A stretch of DNA of 64,000 nt from a virus: positions 53,838-117,837 of the IMG/VR virus record IMGVR_UViG_3300013132_000028; one strand, 5' to 3'. Numbering within the stretch: position 1 is the first letter of the stretch; the number at the start of each line of letters is the position of its first letter. This document shows positions 28,433-37,603 of the stretch, piece by piece. The notes beneath the pieces were generated by a model. That model was not told the origin of the DNA, ran no database searches, and saw nothing but the letters and a program-made list of their open reading frames with translations. The position numbers were made by a program, and so were the translations under genes.

Positions 28433-28675
28433 CTAGTTCTTGACTTCAGCGCGGTAGTACTGGATTCCTTCTGCTTCCTGCGTCAGGTCTTTGACCCAAG
28501 GCAGACGGTGTCTCGGCGCGTCAAGCATCGAGCTGGCGAACTCCACGGCCGCACGCTTCGCGGCGCCGAGAGTCGAGCAGGCGGCACGGCGGTACGTGTC
28601 TGTGTCTGCGTCCTTCACTTCTACCAGCCACGCCGACTGTGGCGCCTTGTTTTTCAGCATTGTTGCGACTATCAT
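28433..28675 (-). CDS. Hypothetical protein
   Basis: AAGGA RBS; ATGA overlap. Confidence 0.55.
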   Translation of the reverse strand: MIVATMLKNKAPQSAWLVEVKDADTDTYRRAACSTLGAAKRAAVEFASSMLDAPRHRLPWVKDLTQEAEGIQYYRAEVKN

Positions 28676-29325
28676 TTGCGTCCTTTCACTCTGTTTTTCT
28701 TCAAGACTTTTCTGAGCGCCCGGCTCTTTCCGGTTGTCTTCTTGTAGCCGTACCGTACCATACGATGTGACACGGCCGCGTTAGTGACTCCCAGCAACCT
28801 TGCCAGCGTGGCAAGCTTCACCTTCTCTACCCGCACTGAGTAGTTCAGCAGGCGCACGAACTCGTCCGCCTCCGCACGGTTTTTTGGGCTGTGCCCGCGT
28901 ACGGCCGCGGCGTTCGGGAGCAGCTCCAGCAGTCGCCGTTTCGTTTGCTCGCTGGGCTGTGGCGTTTTTCTCTCGTACCTGCCGGCAGACCTCTCCGCGT
29001 AGACCGGCGGAAGTGGCAGCGGGTAGTGTGTAAGCACGTAGTCGAGCCAGGCGTCTTTCGGCTTGGTTAGAGTTATCTGCCGCACTCTTTCGCGGGTCAA
29101 GTCCATCGCGCCGGCGACCGCGCTGAGTGTCCAGCCCAGTTTTACGAGCTTCCAGGCGTATGCGCTCCGCATGTGGTTGCCGCCGAGGTACATGTGCGAC
29201 CCGGGCCGGAGCGAGTTCTTTAATTCTTTTTTGAACACCGCGTGGACCTCAGGCGGCAGGGCCTGGTGTGCCTTCTTGATTTGTCCCCACTTGCCGTACG
29301 GGACTGTGTCTACCACTTCTTGCAT
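28672..29325 (-). CDS. Double-HTH protein with sigma-region-4-like motif
   Basis: WTLSAVAGAMDLTRERVRQI and LATLARLLGVTNAAV. Confidence 0.7.
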   Translation of the reverse strand: MQEVVDTVPYGKWGQIKKAHQALPPEVHAVFKKELKNSLRPGSHMYLGGNHMRSAYAWKLVKLGWTLSAVAGAMDLTRERVRQITLTKPKDAWLDYVLTHYPLPLPPVYAERSAGRYERKTPQPSEQTKRRLLELLPNAAAVRGHSPKNRAEADEFVRLLNYSVRVEKVKLATLARLLGVTNAAVSHRMVRYGYKKTTGKSRALRKVLKKNRVKGRK

Positions 29326-29433
29326 GTAAGCCTTTCGTTTTGCCGGTTGGTAATCGTATGGACAGTTTTAAGCCGTATCCAGGGCTCTCCCAGCGCTACT
29401 AGCCCGAGATGGGATAGGGCGAGCGCTAGAAAC

Positions 29434-29898
29434 CTATTTATTCTGAAACAGAATGGGAAACTGCCGTTCGAACAAGTCCTCCTCGGAGAGGCAGCCGCCT
29501 TCTTCGTGCGCTTTTTGCGTGAACTCTTCGCCGGTGATTGCCCTGTACACTACCTTTGCCTGCTCGAAGCCGGCTTCGCCGCCGTCGGAACTCAGCAGGA
29601 TTGCATCCGCGAAGTGTCGCTTTGCCAGCAGGAGTGCCGTCGTGACGACTACGTCGTAGTCGTACTGATTTGTTTTGCAGAAGTCAAAGCCAGAGTCCTT
29701 GGGTTGGATTACCAGCGACTCGCACGGACCGGTTATGACGACCTCGTGTTGATTCGCGAGTATCCCGCACTTGATGTTGACGCCAGCGGACTTGGTCCGC
29801 GACACTTCTACCTTCAACTTTTTTATGTCCGTCACGAACTTGCTGAAACTCTGTGGGTCCAGCGGTTTCTTGACGTTCCAGTAGTGGGTGTATCCCAT
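29434..29898 (-). CDS. Conserved hypothetical protein (MGYTHYW / FCKT family)
   Basis: MGYTHYW...FDFCKT...YD..V...SSDG. Confidence 0.7.
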   Translation of the reverse strand: MGYTHYWNVKKPLDPQSFSKFVTDIKKLKVEVSRTKSAGVNIKCGILANQHEVVITGPCESLVIQPKDSGFDFCKTNQYDYDVVVTTALLLAKRHFADAILLSSDGGEAGFEQAKVVYRAITGEEFTQKAHEEGGCLSEEDLFERQFPILFQNK

Positions 29899-29985
29899 CT
29901 TTGTCCTTTCGTCTTTTTGCGGACTGTCCGCATAAACTATTATACCGCAAGGGGGTGACGTTTGTCAACCCCCTGCAGTTTAATG

Positions 29986-30240
29986 TTATAGATACTGGAT
30001 GTGTTCTCCAGTGGTTGGGTCGAACGTCAGTTCGACCACGAAGTCGAGGACCTCGACTGGGACTTCGTCCCGGTCTATCTCCTCTTCGTCTCCCTCTAAC
30101 CAGAAGTTGACGTTTGTGTCTTCGACTCCCTCGTCGTCAGACAGTAGTTGAATCACGTAGGTTTTACCCTCGAACTCAACCGTGAAGTTTTGGTACCAAC
30201 GACAAGGTGTCGGTGTTTCCATCTTCTTTAGGTTTACCAT
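29986..30240 (-). CDS. Acidic hypothetical protein
   Basis: GGAG RBS; own promoter. Confidence 0.6.
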   Translation of the reverse strand: MVNLKKMETPTPCRWYQNFTVEFEGKTYVIQLLSDDEGVEDTNVNFWLEGDEEEIDRDEVPVEVLDFVVELTFDPTTGEHIQYL

Positions 30241-30319
30241 GGTTCTCCCATCTCCAGTCTACTTCTTGTTCGACTGAATAAATGTATTATACCGTGCAGG
30301 ACTGACGTTTTGTACACCC

Positions 30320-30559
30320 TCAGTTGGCGTGTTGTCTTGCGTCCTCGAGCATCATCACCATCAGTTTCTTGAGTGGTTTTGGGATTTCCTCGTACGGGAT
30401 TTCGAGTACGGAGTCTTCGTCTCCGAACGTCATCATGTAGCAGATTTGGTCGACTATGTCCTCGCTGGAGTATTCCAGTTTTACCGGCACTAGGTCTCTG
30501 CCCGCGAGCAGCAGCGCCTTTGCCGCTTGGGAGATTTGCGTTGCCTCGTTCTTTCTCAT
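30320..30559 (-). CDS. Hypothetical protein
   Basis: GGAG RBS. Confidence 0.55.
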   Translation of the reverse strand: MRKNEATQISQAAKALLLAGRDLVPVKLEYSSEDIVDQICYMMTFGDEDSVLEIPYEEIPKPLKKLMVMMLEDARQHAN

Positions 30560-30562
30560 CGC

Positions 30563-30709
30563 CTACTCCTCCTCGTTCAGTACGTACAGCAGGGTTCCCA
30601 TGTCGAACCCGAGACCAGTCCGCACTATGATTTCTTCGCCGTCTAACACCACGGTTGCACCGGGCATGTTCTCGCTCACGAAGTCCTTCAGGTCTTGCAG
30701 TGTGTCCAT
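30563..30709 (-). CDS. Small acidic protein
   Basis: Hand-translated MDTLQDLKDFVSENMPGA; AAGGA RBS. Confidence 0.55.
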   Translation of the reverse strand: MDTLQDLKDFVSENMPGATVVLDGEEIIVRTGLGFDMGTLLYVLNEEE

Positions 30710-30742
30710 CTCTTGCCGTCCTTTTCGTCGTTGGGTTTAAGG

Positions 30743-30823
30743 TTCAACACGGAGCGGCGTATTGTTTCGGACCCTGCGCAGTAGCAGTCTTTCGTTTGAC
30801 CAGCGCCTGTCCTCCGTGTTGAA
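30743..30823 (-). ncRNA. Candidate structured leader RNA (family member B)
   Basis: Perfect 12-bp closing stem at predicted +1; shares UGGYCAAAC and AAACAA with 24677-24763. Confidence 0.5.
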
Positions 30824-30859
30824 TAACTGTATTATACCGTGTTGCACCGACAAAGTAAA

Positions 30860-31114
30860 CTAGACAGACTTGTCGCCCTCTAGTAGAGTGATGAAGTCGG
30901 AGTGCATCTCTTCTATCGGAGTGCCGAACTCCCAGATTGTCTTCTCAAACTTGTCCGGTGCCTCGTAGATGACGCCGTCGCGGATGTCCAGCTCACGGTC
31001 TGTTGCCACGTCTGCTGGAATGTCGGATGCCCGCATTACGTAGATGACACTGTCGGGATTGAACTCCCACCAGTCGCCGTTCTCGTTTGCCAGGTACAGA
31101 GGTTTGGTCGCCAT
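30860..31114 (-). CDS. Acidic hypothetical protein
   Basis: Start re-called to MATKPLYL (TGATG overlap). Confidence 0.55.
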   Translation of the reverse strand: MATKPLYLANENGDWWEFNPDSVIYVMRASDIPADVATDRELDIRDGVIYEAPDKFEKTIWEFGTPIEEMHSDFITLLEGDKSV

Positions 31115-31353
31115 CAGACTTTCGCCTTTTTCTCGTTGTCGACGCCCTCTGACAAGTAGGTGAAGAGTTCGTCCGGGCTTGGGAAGTATTCGTCTGACTC
31201 TGCGCGTTCGCAGGCGTATTTCCACGCCGCATCTGGGATGTCGTCGTTCCAGTACTCGAAGTGTTCTTTCAAGTAATACTGAAAGCAGACGTACTGGGTC
31301 TTGTCCTCAATCTCGTTGAGATTGTCGATTAGGTCTTGGACCGTCCTTGCCAT
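31114..31353 (-). CDS. Acidic hypothetical protein
   Basis: Own promoter and RBS. Confidence 0.6.
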   Translation of the reverse strand: MARTVQDLIDNLNEIEDKTQYVCFQYYLKEHFEYWNDDIPDAAWKYACERAESDEYFPSPDELFTYLSEGVDNEKKAKV

Positions 31354-31428
31354 CGTCTTTTCGTCCTTTTCCGGTCAGACTGTCTGACCATCTGGTTGTA
31401 TTATACCATAATGGAGCGACGAAGTAAA

Positions 31429-31611
31429 CTACTCCAGGCCAGTCTGTCCAGAGTCGGTTGACACCGACACCGAGTCGACCGTGGCCGTGCCGACCGGACA
31501 GTTCACCGAGACTCCGGCCATGGTCGCCTTTTCCACGGCTTGTGCCATGTCGTCAGCTTCGATAGACAGGTCTGCCCAGATGTTTACTCGTACTGTGAAT
31601 GTTTCACTCAT
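31429..31611 (-). CDS. Hypothetical protein
   Basis: GAGGAG RBS. Confidence 0.5.
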   Translation of the reverse strand: MSETFTVRVNIWADLSIEADDMAQAVEKATMAGVSVNCPVGTATVDSVSVSTDSGQTGLE

Positions 31612-31850
31612 GATGCTCCTCTGTTTTGGACTATCTCTTGCCCGTATCCTACGCCTAGTTTGCCGTTGCCCAGCGACGCGAAGTGCGTTTCGCAGAAGTA
31701 GCCCCAGGCACCCGTGAAGCTCGCCGCGTCGTACCTGGCCTCGCGTACGCAGAAGTCACACCGTGGAGCAGGGTCTATGACCACCTGCCGTCTCGCGCCG
31801 ACCCAGACTGGACCTGGCAGACTCTTCGGCCGCTTACTCTTGCCGCTCAT
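31608..31850 (-). CDS. Small zinc-finger protein
   Basis: CDFC..YDA....G.W...C..H....LG.G.GQ. Confidence 0.65.
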   Translation of the reverse strand: MSGKSKRPKSLPGPVWVGARRQVVIDPAPRCDFCVREARYDAASFTGAWGYFCETHFASLGNGKLGVGYGQEIVQNRGAS

Positions 31851-32257
31851 CAGACCTTCTCCAGGATGCCAACCGGTGCCACTACCGGTGCCGAGTACAC
31901 GGCACCAGACGAGTCTCTCCGTGCAAACCGGCCGACTGGGTCATCGAGAGTCACCACTACTTTGGTTCTCCGCTTCGACTTGACCGTGCCGGTCTGGCCA
32001 ATCATGTACTTCGTGCCGCAGTCCGAGTTGAACTTGACCCGGTCGCCGACCGACAGGTCGGTTATGGCCAGCTTCTTGGATGGGGCACTGGCGAACGTCC
32101 GCGAGGGCGTGAGGCCGCTCGACGCCGTCTTCGGTAGTTTTCCGAGGTCTTGAAGCCGCATGTTGACCGCGGTCGAGAGCTGGTCTATGTCCACGTCGAA
32201 GGCGCCGGCATGAATCATGTCGGTTATCTGTAGTACGTCGGGTGTCGTTTGGTTCAT
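31850..32257 (-). CDS. SH3/KOW-like domain protein
   Basis: VGDRVKF....KY..G.TGTV......VVV; leaderless. Confidence 0.6.
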   Translation of the reverse strand: MNQTTPDVLQITDMIHAGAFDVDIDQLSTAVNMRLQDLGKLPKTASSGLTPSRTFASAPSKKLAITDLSVGDRVKFNSDCGTKYMIGQTGTVKSKRRTKVVVTLDDPVGRFARRDSSGAVYSAPVVAPVGILEKV

Positions 32258-32503
32258 GGCTATATTATATCATGTTTGACCGACGAAGTAAAGTCCTTCG
32301 CGCCGGCTTTCCGCAGGTCCGCCGAGATGTGCCGGAGCCAGTGGCCGTACGACCACAGTCCCATGAGGAGGCTGCTTCGCTCCAGCCCAGTTGGCCGGTA
32401 GTCCGACACGAATGTCGACGACACGTACTCGTGCCGTCGTGTCTTGCCCGCGCGACGCCCGAGAGAAGTGTACGAGTGTCGCGCGGAGTTTGTCCCGCCG
32501 GCC

Positions 32504-34294
32504 TTACGCCGCGGAATTCTTGACACCAATCTTTGCCAGCAATTTACTCGCCGCCATGCCAATCTGCTTTGAGACGTACTCCACCTCAGAGGTTTCATCA
32601 GTCTTGATGACTACGCCGTCTGCAATTTCGGCGTATGTGCGCGAGGAACTGTGATGTGTAAACGGTACCCAGAGTACGGCGACGCCGGCACTCTTGCAGG
32701 CGTTCATCCACTTGGCGGTGTGTTGGCGCTCTTCTGGAGTGTACTCACCGTCGCTTACGACGACGAGCATGCGTGCACCTGAGCCGTGCAGAAGGTTGAG
32801 TGCGCCATCGAGTGCCTTGAATGCTTTGTCGAACTTCTCAGTTCCGTCGTGCGCGGTGTAGACGTTTACTTCGTACTCTCTTGCGAGTGGTTTGCTCGTG
32901 TAGAACACGTCGTTGCCATAGTACACCTGGGCATAGCGACCCTGCACGCGGTGTGCAGCCTCGCTCATTACCCACGCAGTGGTTGCCATTGGCTGCATCG
33001 CTGAGTCCATAGAGCCAGAGATGTCTACCATTACACCTACTGAAAGCGTTGGGTCATCTGTGTGCTTGCGTGTGGTCTTGCGCCAAGGAGTGACTGGCGT
33101 ACGTACACCTACAGACTTTTGAGCAGCACCCTGCACTACTGTGCGAGTGTGTAGACGTCCTGGAGGCAACTGCGAAGCGGAGACAGTGATGTCGCGCTCG
33201 CGGTACTTTGCCTTTTCTAGGGCGTTGCCAATTAGAACTGCTGCTGCTCGTTCCTGTGGAGTCGGTGGACGATGTGTTGCTAGGCGTGAAGATGTCTCTG
33301 AGGCACCAGGACCACTTGACTTGCCAAATACCTTGTTGTAAGTATCTTTGTGGTCTTGCTGCTCGGCTGAGGCTCGGTAGCGTTCAGCGACTGCCTGACG
33401 ACGTGCTTCTTCGTCCTGGGCGTCGTGAATGTCACCAGTGACACCTACTGCTACGCAGTCGGCTGCTTCTGCCAATGCTTCAGTCAGTGCTTCAATTAAA
33501 CCTTTGCTAGGTGCGTCGTTCAAGGTCTCGCCGTGCTCTTGTGCTGCGTCTTTTAGAATGTCTAGCCACTCGTCTACGAGAGGATACAACGCAGTGATGT
33601 CTTTGTCGTCTGTGTGTGCGCGAGTCTTGTTTAGAATTTCGCGAAGGCGAGAAACTCGGTCGTCGCCGAGCCAGTCACTGCATACGTCGAAGACAGCCTG
33701 TACGTCACGTTGGTCGAGAATACCTGCGTCGACTCTAGAGTGTACGAGAGCGACAAGCATACCTGCACTTCTAGTTGTAGAGTTCTTTGTGAACTGTTCG
33801 GCTGCGTCGTCAATCGCAATTTCGAGCGCACTTGCACGGAGGAAGTTAACGTACTCGGGCGCGATTGTAAGGGCGCGAGACTCGACTCTGGACTCTTCGA
33901 ACAGGACGAGTGTCTGGTGCTGGGATTCATTAAGGTCATCTGCTGCTTTCGCTAGGTCCCACAGGGAGTATCGTGCGTGCATTGCCTCGTGGAAGATACA
34001 GCCTGTGGCTTTTGGCCACTCGTACTGAGTGCTCTTGTCGAGCAGTGAGCCAATATCTCCTGGCTTGACATAGGGGGTGAATGCCATTGGAATGCTTACT
34101 TCAACCTCTGCAGTAGCAGGGGTGAAGAATGCGGCGGTCTGTCCGCCGGCGCCGGGGCCAACGAAGGCAACGATGTCCGAGCGGTTGGACCAGGTGTTTA
34201 CCAGTTCAGAAATCTCTCGACTGAGAGGCAGCCACTCGGGAGGAGTGCTAGCTTTCCGACCAAGCACACCGGGTGTGTAGTCTACGTGGTTCAT
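32504..34294 (-). CDS. CobT-like vWA-domain protein with HExxH N-terminal domain
   Basis: HEAMH, FEESRVE, GRL, MIDAS DISGSM and VVSDG. Confidence 0.85.
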   Translation of the reverse strand: MNHVDYTPGVLGRKASTPPEWLPLSREISELVNTWSNRSDIVAFVGPGAGGQTAAFFTPATAEVEVSIPMAFTPYVKPGDIGSLLDKSTQYEWPKATGCIFHEAMHARYSLWDLAKAADDLNESQHQTLVLFEESRVESRALTIAPEYVNFLRASALEIAIDDAAEQFTKNSTTRSAGMLVALVHSRVDAGILDQRDVQAVFDVCSDWLGDDRVSRLREILNKTRAHTDDKDITALYPLVDEWLDILKDAAQEHGETLNDAPSKGLIEALTEALAEAADCVAVGVTGDIHDAQDEEARRQAVAERYRASAEQQDHKDTYNKVFGKSSGPGASETSSRLATHRPPTPQERAAAVLIGNALEKAKYRERDITVSASQLPPGRLHTRTVVQGAAQKSVGVRTPVTPWRKTTRKHTDDPTLSVGVMVDISGSMDSAMQPMATTAWVMSEAAHRVQGRYAQVYYGNDVFYTSKPLAREYEVNVYTAHDGTEKFDKAFKALDGALNLLHGSGARMLVVVSDGEYTPEERQHTAKWMNACKSAGVAVLWVPFTHHSSSRTYAEIADGVVIKTDETSEVEYVSKQIGMAASKLLAKIGVKNSAA

Positions 34295-34421
34295 GTCTTG
34301 TGTCCTCTTCTCTTAGGGTTTAGACTCTTGAATGTATTATATCGTGTTTGGGTCTAGAAGTAAAGTTAGGGGGTGGAGAGGGAGGTGACCCAGTACCTCC
34401 CCCTCCTCCAGCAACGAAGAG

Positions 34422-35492
34422 TTAAATCTTCGCTGGTCGGCACTCCTCACCGTAGACTCGACCTAACACGTCCGCAACGACGGCGCGGTCGTGCTCGGGA
34501 GCACTTGCGATGAGGTTCGCTAGTGCGAACTTTGTGCCGAACTTTGTTGAGATGTCACGGAAGGCGAGGAGTTCTCGCATCTGAGGTGCCCATGACACTT
34601 CACTTGATTGTTGTTTGCGTGCAAGATTTTGCGCCGCATTAACTAGTTGTACCGGTGTACCCAGTTTACGTGCAAGCGTCCAGTCTGTGGTCATCTCTGA
34701 CTGCAGACGAAAGCGAGACACGAGCGCTTCAGAGAGACGAACTCCCGGAGCGTTTGGGTTTGTCGCAGCGACGACGAAGAAGTTTTCCTTCACCTTTATT
34801 GCGCCGCGGTCTGGGTTTGCGGTTATCAGCAACTCGGTACGACCGTCCATGATTCCGTAAACACCGGCCATGACCTTAGGGTCAATCAGACCTACTTCGT
34901 CGATGAAGAAGACTGAGTCGTTTTCGAGTGCACGAACGAGTGGTCCATCAACCCATCTGAATGAGTCTTTGTCTTGTACGTAGCCACCAATGAAGTCAGA
35001 AAGTTCTGTGTCACCGGTACCAAGTACGGTTTCAATACCACCTGGTTCGCTGGAGAATGCTGCTTCTAGCAGAGCGGTTTTGCCGCAGCCAGGAGCACCA
35101 TAGAGCAGAGTGTGAAGTTTACTTGCACGAGCTTCACGAAGTACCATTACGTCGTCGTGCTCACCCCACTTGCGTGTGTAGTAGTCCTCACCATTAGGGC
35201 GAGTGTACTTTGTTGCTCCAGCAAGAGAGTCTACTTCGTTTTCCATTGCACTCTCTTTCTTTGAAGCAATAACAGTGTTGGCACGTATAACTACTCTACC
35301 AGAGTCTGAGACTAGAGAGTCGAGTATACTTTTGCCAGCAGGATACGCTTGTTGTACTACTGTCAACCCAAGCAGAGAAGCCACAGTGTCTGAGGTTCCT
35401 ACTCCTGCCTTGAGTGACACCAAACTTGTGGCGCATACGCCAAGTTTGTCTTCGTACCTGGAAGTCCAGGGATTAGATGATGTTGTAGTCAC
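34422..35492 (-). CDS. CobS/CbbQ/MoxR-family AAA+ ATPase
   Basis: Walker A GAPGCGKT, WVDGPL, Walker B FFIDE, ATNP, ALVSRF. Confidence 0.9.
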   Translation of the reverse strand: MTTTSSNPWTSRYEDKLGVCATSLVSLKAGVGTSDTVASLLGLTVVQQAYPAGKSILDSLVSDSGRVVIRANTVIASKKESAMENEVDSLAGATKYTRPNGEDYYTRKWGEHDDVMVLREARASKLHTLLYGAPGCGKTALLEAAFSSEPGGIETVLGTGDTELSDFIGGYVQDKDSFRWVDGPLVRALENDSVFFIDEVGLIDPKVMAGVYGIMDGRTELLITANPDRGAIKVKENFFVVAATNPNAPGVRLSEALVSRFRLQSEMTTDWTLARKLGTPVQLVNAAQNLARKQQSSEVSWAPQMRELLAFRDISTKFGTKFALANLIASAPEHDRAVVADVLGRVYGEECRPAKI

Positions 35493-35501
35493 GTCGGCTC
35501 C

Positions 35502-35981
35502 TTACGCTGCAGGTACCGCGTCGGCAGGGAATCCGGCTTTTAGGCGGCACTGCTGCATACGGTACATAAGTTTGTAGGGAGTCTTACCTTTTGCGATGTC
35601 ATCTAGGTCTACTTGAGAGACCTCCATCACGAGTGGCTTTTGACGCAGTGTCCAGTGTTGAATGACTATTGCGTCAAATAGCGGATTTGCGTAGTCAAGA
35701 CGCATATATGCCTTTTGACCCCAGGTGGTTTCGTCGAGTTCTACAACTTCACCACTGAGTGCGTCTGCTACTATCTTTTCGTTTGTAGCAGTGACCTTCC
35801 ACTGCTTTTTGCCTTCGCCAGGTTTCATACGTCGGCGGTACAGGTGCGTCTGAACGAGCACACCTTCGCTGTTGTAGCCATCAGGTGTTATCAGCACCTG
35901 CTGGACTGCAAAGCCAGTGTCGTACGGCTTCTCGTACTCTAGGTAGAGAGCCAGACCCTGGACATGAGCTTTTTTGTCCAT
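35502..35981 (-). CDS. Hypothetical protein heading the AAA+ operon
   Basis: GAAAGGA RBS; own promoter. Confidence 0.65.
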   Translation of the reverse strand: MDKKAHVQGLALYLEYEKPYDTGFAVQQVLITPDGYNSEGVLVQTHLYRRRMKPGEGKKQWKVTATNEKIVADALSGEVVELDETTWGQKAYMRLDYANPLFDAIVIQHWTLRQKPLVMEVSQVDLDDIAKGKTPYKLMYRMQQCRLKAGFPADAVPAA

Positions 35982-36039
35982 TTTGTCCTTTCGTCGTTTT
36001 CCACGGCTGGGTTAGCCGCAGTAGTCTTATTATATCGTA

Positions 36040-36234
36040 TTAGGCTGACGTTGTAAAGCCAACGTCCTCTGCTATTCCCTTGAGCACTATCTTGTCCACG
36101 ATCTCCTCGTGAATCAGTCTGGCGTCGGCGTCGTGTAGGCTGTTGAACTCTACCTCGTACGCGACCTTGCGCTCAATCTCAGTGGCAATGCGCTTGCGCC
36201 AGTACCACTCTGTCTCTTTGTACTTGCTGCTCAT
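36040..36234 (-). CDS. Hypothetical protein
   Basis: GGAG RBS. Confidence 0.5.
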   Translation of the reverse strand: MSSKYKETEWYWRKRIATEIERKVAYEVEFNSLHDADARLIHEEIVDKIVLKGIAEDVGFTTSA

Positions 36235-36269
36235 AGATACTCCAAATTCTGTCGTCGTCGGATTTTAGG

Positions 36270-36317
36270 GTGAAGTCCGGGGGCGGACGTCCTAGTCTGG
36301 AACCCCCGGGACTTCAC
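36270..36317 (-). terminator. Hairpin, probable terminator
   Basis: GTGAAGTCCGGGGG/CCCCCGGACTTCAC inverted repeat. Confidence 0.6.
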
Positions 36318-36328
36318 TGCTTGCAACC

Positions 36329-36670
36329 TTAGGCCTTGAGGGTCTTAAGGTATGAGTAAGGATTTGGCTTTGTGACTTTTGCGACAATCTCTGGCGCAAC
36401 TAGCTCACTAAGCAACTTGCGGTCAATGTTGCTTGAATCGACGTGTTGGACAACTACTCGAGTGACGCCATTGACGCTTGCTGCGTCTGCATCACCAATT
36501 CGCGCTTTGAGCGCTTTTGTCACTTCGTCTTTTTCGGCTTCGTAAATTGAAAGCTGCTTGCGAGCGTTTTCTAGTCGCTCGACCAGCGCAGCACCTGCAC
36601 CGTCAAGTTCAACAGTTGAGACAGTACGAGACACGGTCGTGCTCGTGGTCACAATGGTTGGCTTATCCAC
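36329..36670 (-). CDS. Paralog of 26006-26335
   Basis: Same VEL...GDA....NGV.RV.....S.IDR pattern. Confidence 0.6.
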   Translation of the reverse strand: MDKPTIVTTSTTVSRTVSTVELDGAGAALVERLENARKQLSIYEAEKDEVTKALKARIGDADAASVNGVTRVVVQHVDSSNIDRKLLSELVAPEIVAKVTKPNPYSYLKTLKA

Positions 36671-36754
36671 TTTTTCTCCTCTCCGTGTTCCGGGGTCAAA
36701 CTCTCTTTTGTTTTGACCTTATGAATGTATTATACCGTAGGGCAGCGACAAACC

Positions 36755-37036
36755 TTAAATGGGCTCTCCTACGTCTGGTCCCTTGTACTCTGGGTGCATA
36801 CTCCAGAATGTCTCCATATCCCAGTTTGTGTCTGTTCCACAGGAGGGGCAGTAGTCTGGCCATACGTCGTCTGGGTCAGACGTGTCTAGTTGCACGGTCT
36901 GTGGACCGCACGTGCCAAACTTGGACCCGATCTCGTTGAGGAGGTTTGGGCGAAACATAATTGCAAATCTCTCTAGGGGGGTTAGGCCCGACCACGGAGT
37001 GGCCGGACCCTTACACCAGATAGTCGCCTGGGTCAT
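36755..37036 (-). CDS. Cys-containing hypothetical protein
   Basis: C...CG...CPSCG; start re-called. Confidence 0.5.
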   Translation of the reverse strand: MTQATIWCKGPATPWSGLTPLERFAIMFRPNLLNEIGSKFGTCGPQTVQLDTSDPDDVWPDYCPSCGTDTNWDMETFWSMHPEYKGPDVGEPI

Positions 37037-37038
37037 CG

Positions 37039-37221
37039 TTAATCGGCAATCTCTGCGTCGGGAAACCACTTCAGCATAGTTTGAAGTAAATGGTTGTAGT
37101 CGCCCGCAGTCATCTCTGCAGTGAACGCTGAGACTTCGTCTCCGCGTCCCGTACGCTCCAACTCACGGCGGCCAGCGCCGATAATTGCAAAAGCGTTTCC
37201 ATCAGTTAGCATAATTGGCAT
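37039..37221 (-). CDS. Small conserved protein (GNAF...GDY.HLL family)
   Basis: DGNAFAIIG...MTAGDYNHLL. Confidence 0.65.
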   Translation of the reverse strand: MPIMLTDGNAFAIIGAGRRELERTGRGDEVSAFTAEMTAGDYNHLLQTMLKWFPDAEIAD

Positions 37222-37244
37222 TGCTTGTCCTTTCGTCGTTGTGT

Positions 37245-37324
37245 GTAGTCGGAACGAGATTCTTAGTTTTCCACCGCGGTGGTCTTCATCTCTATTCGGC
37301 GCCCTAAGGGTTTCCGCCGACTAC
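37245..37324 (-). ncRNA. Candidate structured leader RNA
   Basis: GTAGTCGG/CCGACTAC closing stem at +1 enclosing GAGAT/ATCTC and CCACC/GGTGG stems. Confidence 0.4.
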
Positions 37325-37355
37325 TGAACTATTATACCACAGGGCAGTGACGTTT

Positions 37356-37559
37356 CTATAACTCCTCAAGCACTGAGACGCCGAAGTCAAGTTGAATTCC
37401 GCGGTTGCGCTCTTCTGCGTCTGGCAGGTCTGAGATGTTCATCTCTTCGTCTTGGCACTTCTCAAGAAGTTCTTCAGCGTGAGCAAAGTTCTCAGCGGTG
37501 AACCACACCTGGTTCATTGAGACTTCGTCAAACCTAAATGAGTACCTTGGCACAATCAC
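37356..37559 (-). CDS. Acidic hypothetical protein
   Basis: GAAAGGAG RBS; own promoter. Confidence 0.55.
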   Translation of the reverse strand: MIVPRYSFRFDEVSMNQVWFTAENFAHAEELLEKCQDEEMNISDLPDAEERNRGIQLDFGVSVLEEL

Positions 37560-37603
37560 TCCTTTCTAGTTGAGTAATTGTATTATACCATAGGGGAGCG
37601 ACG

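Noticed and set aside
30743-37324. Hammerhead ribozymes in leader RNAs (GAAAC-like segments)
   Set aside because: The CUGANGA core is absent.
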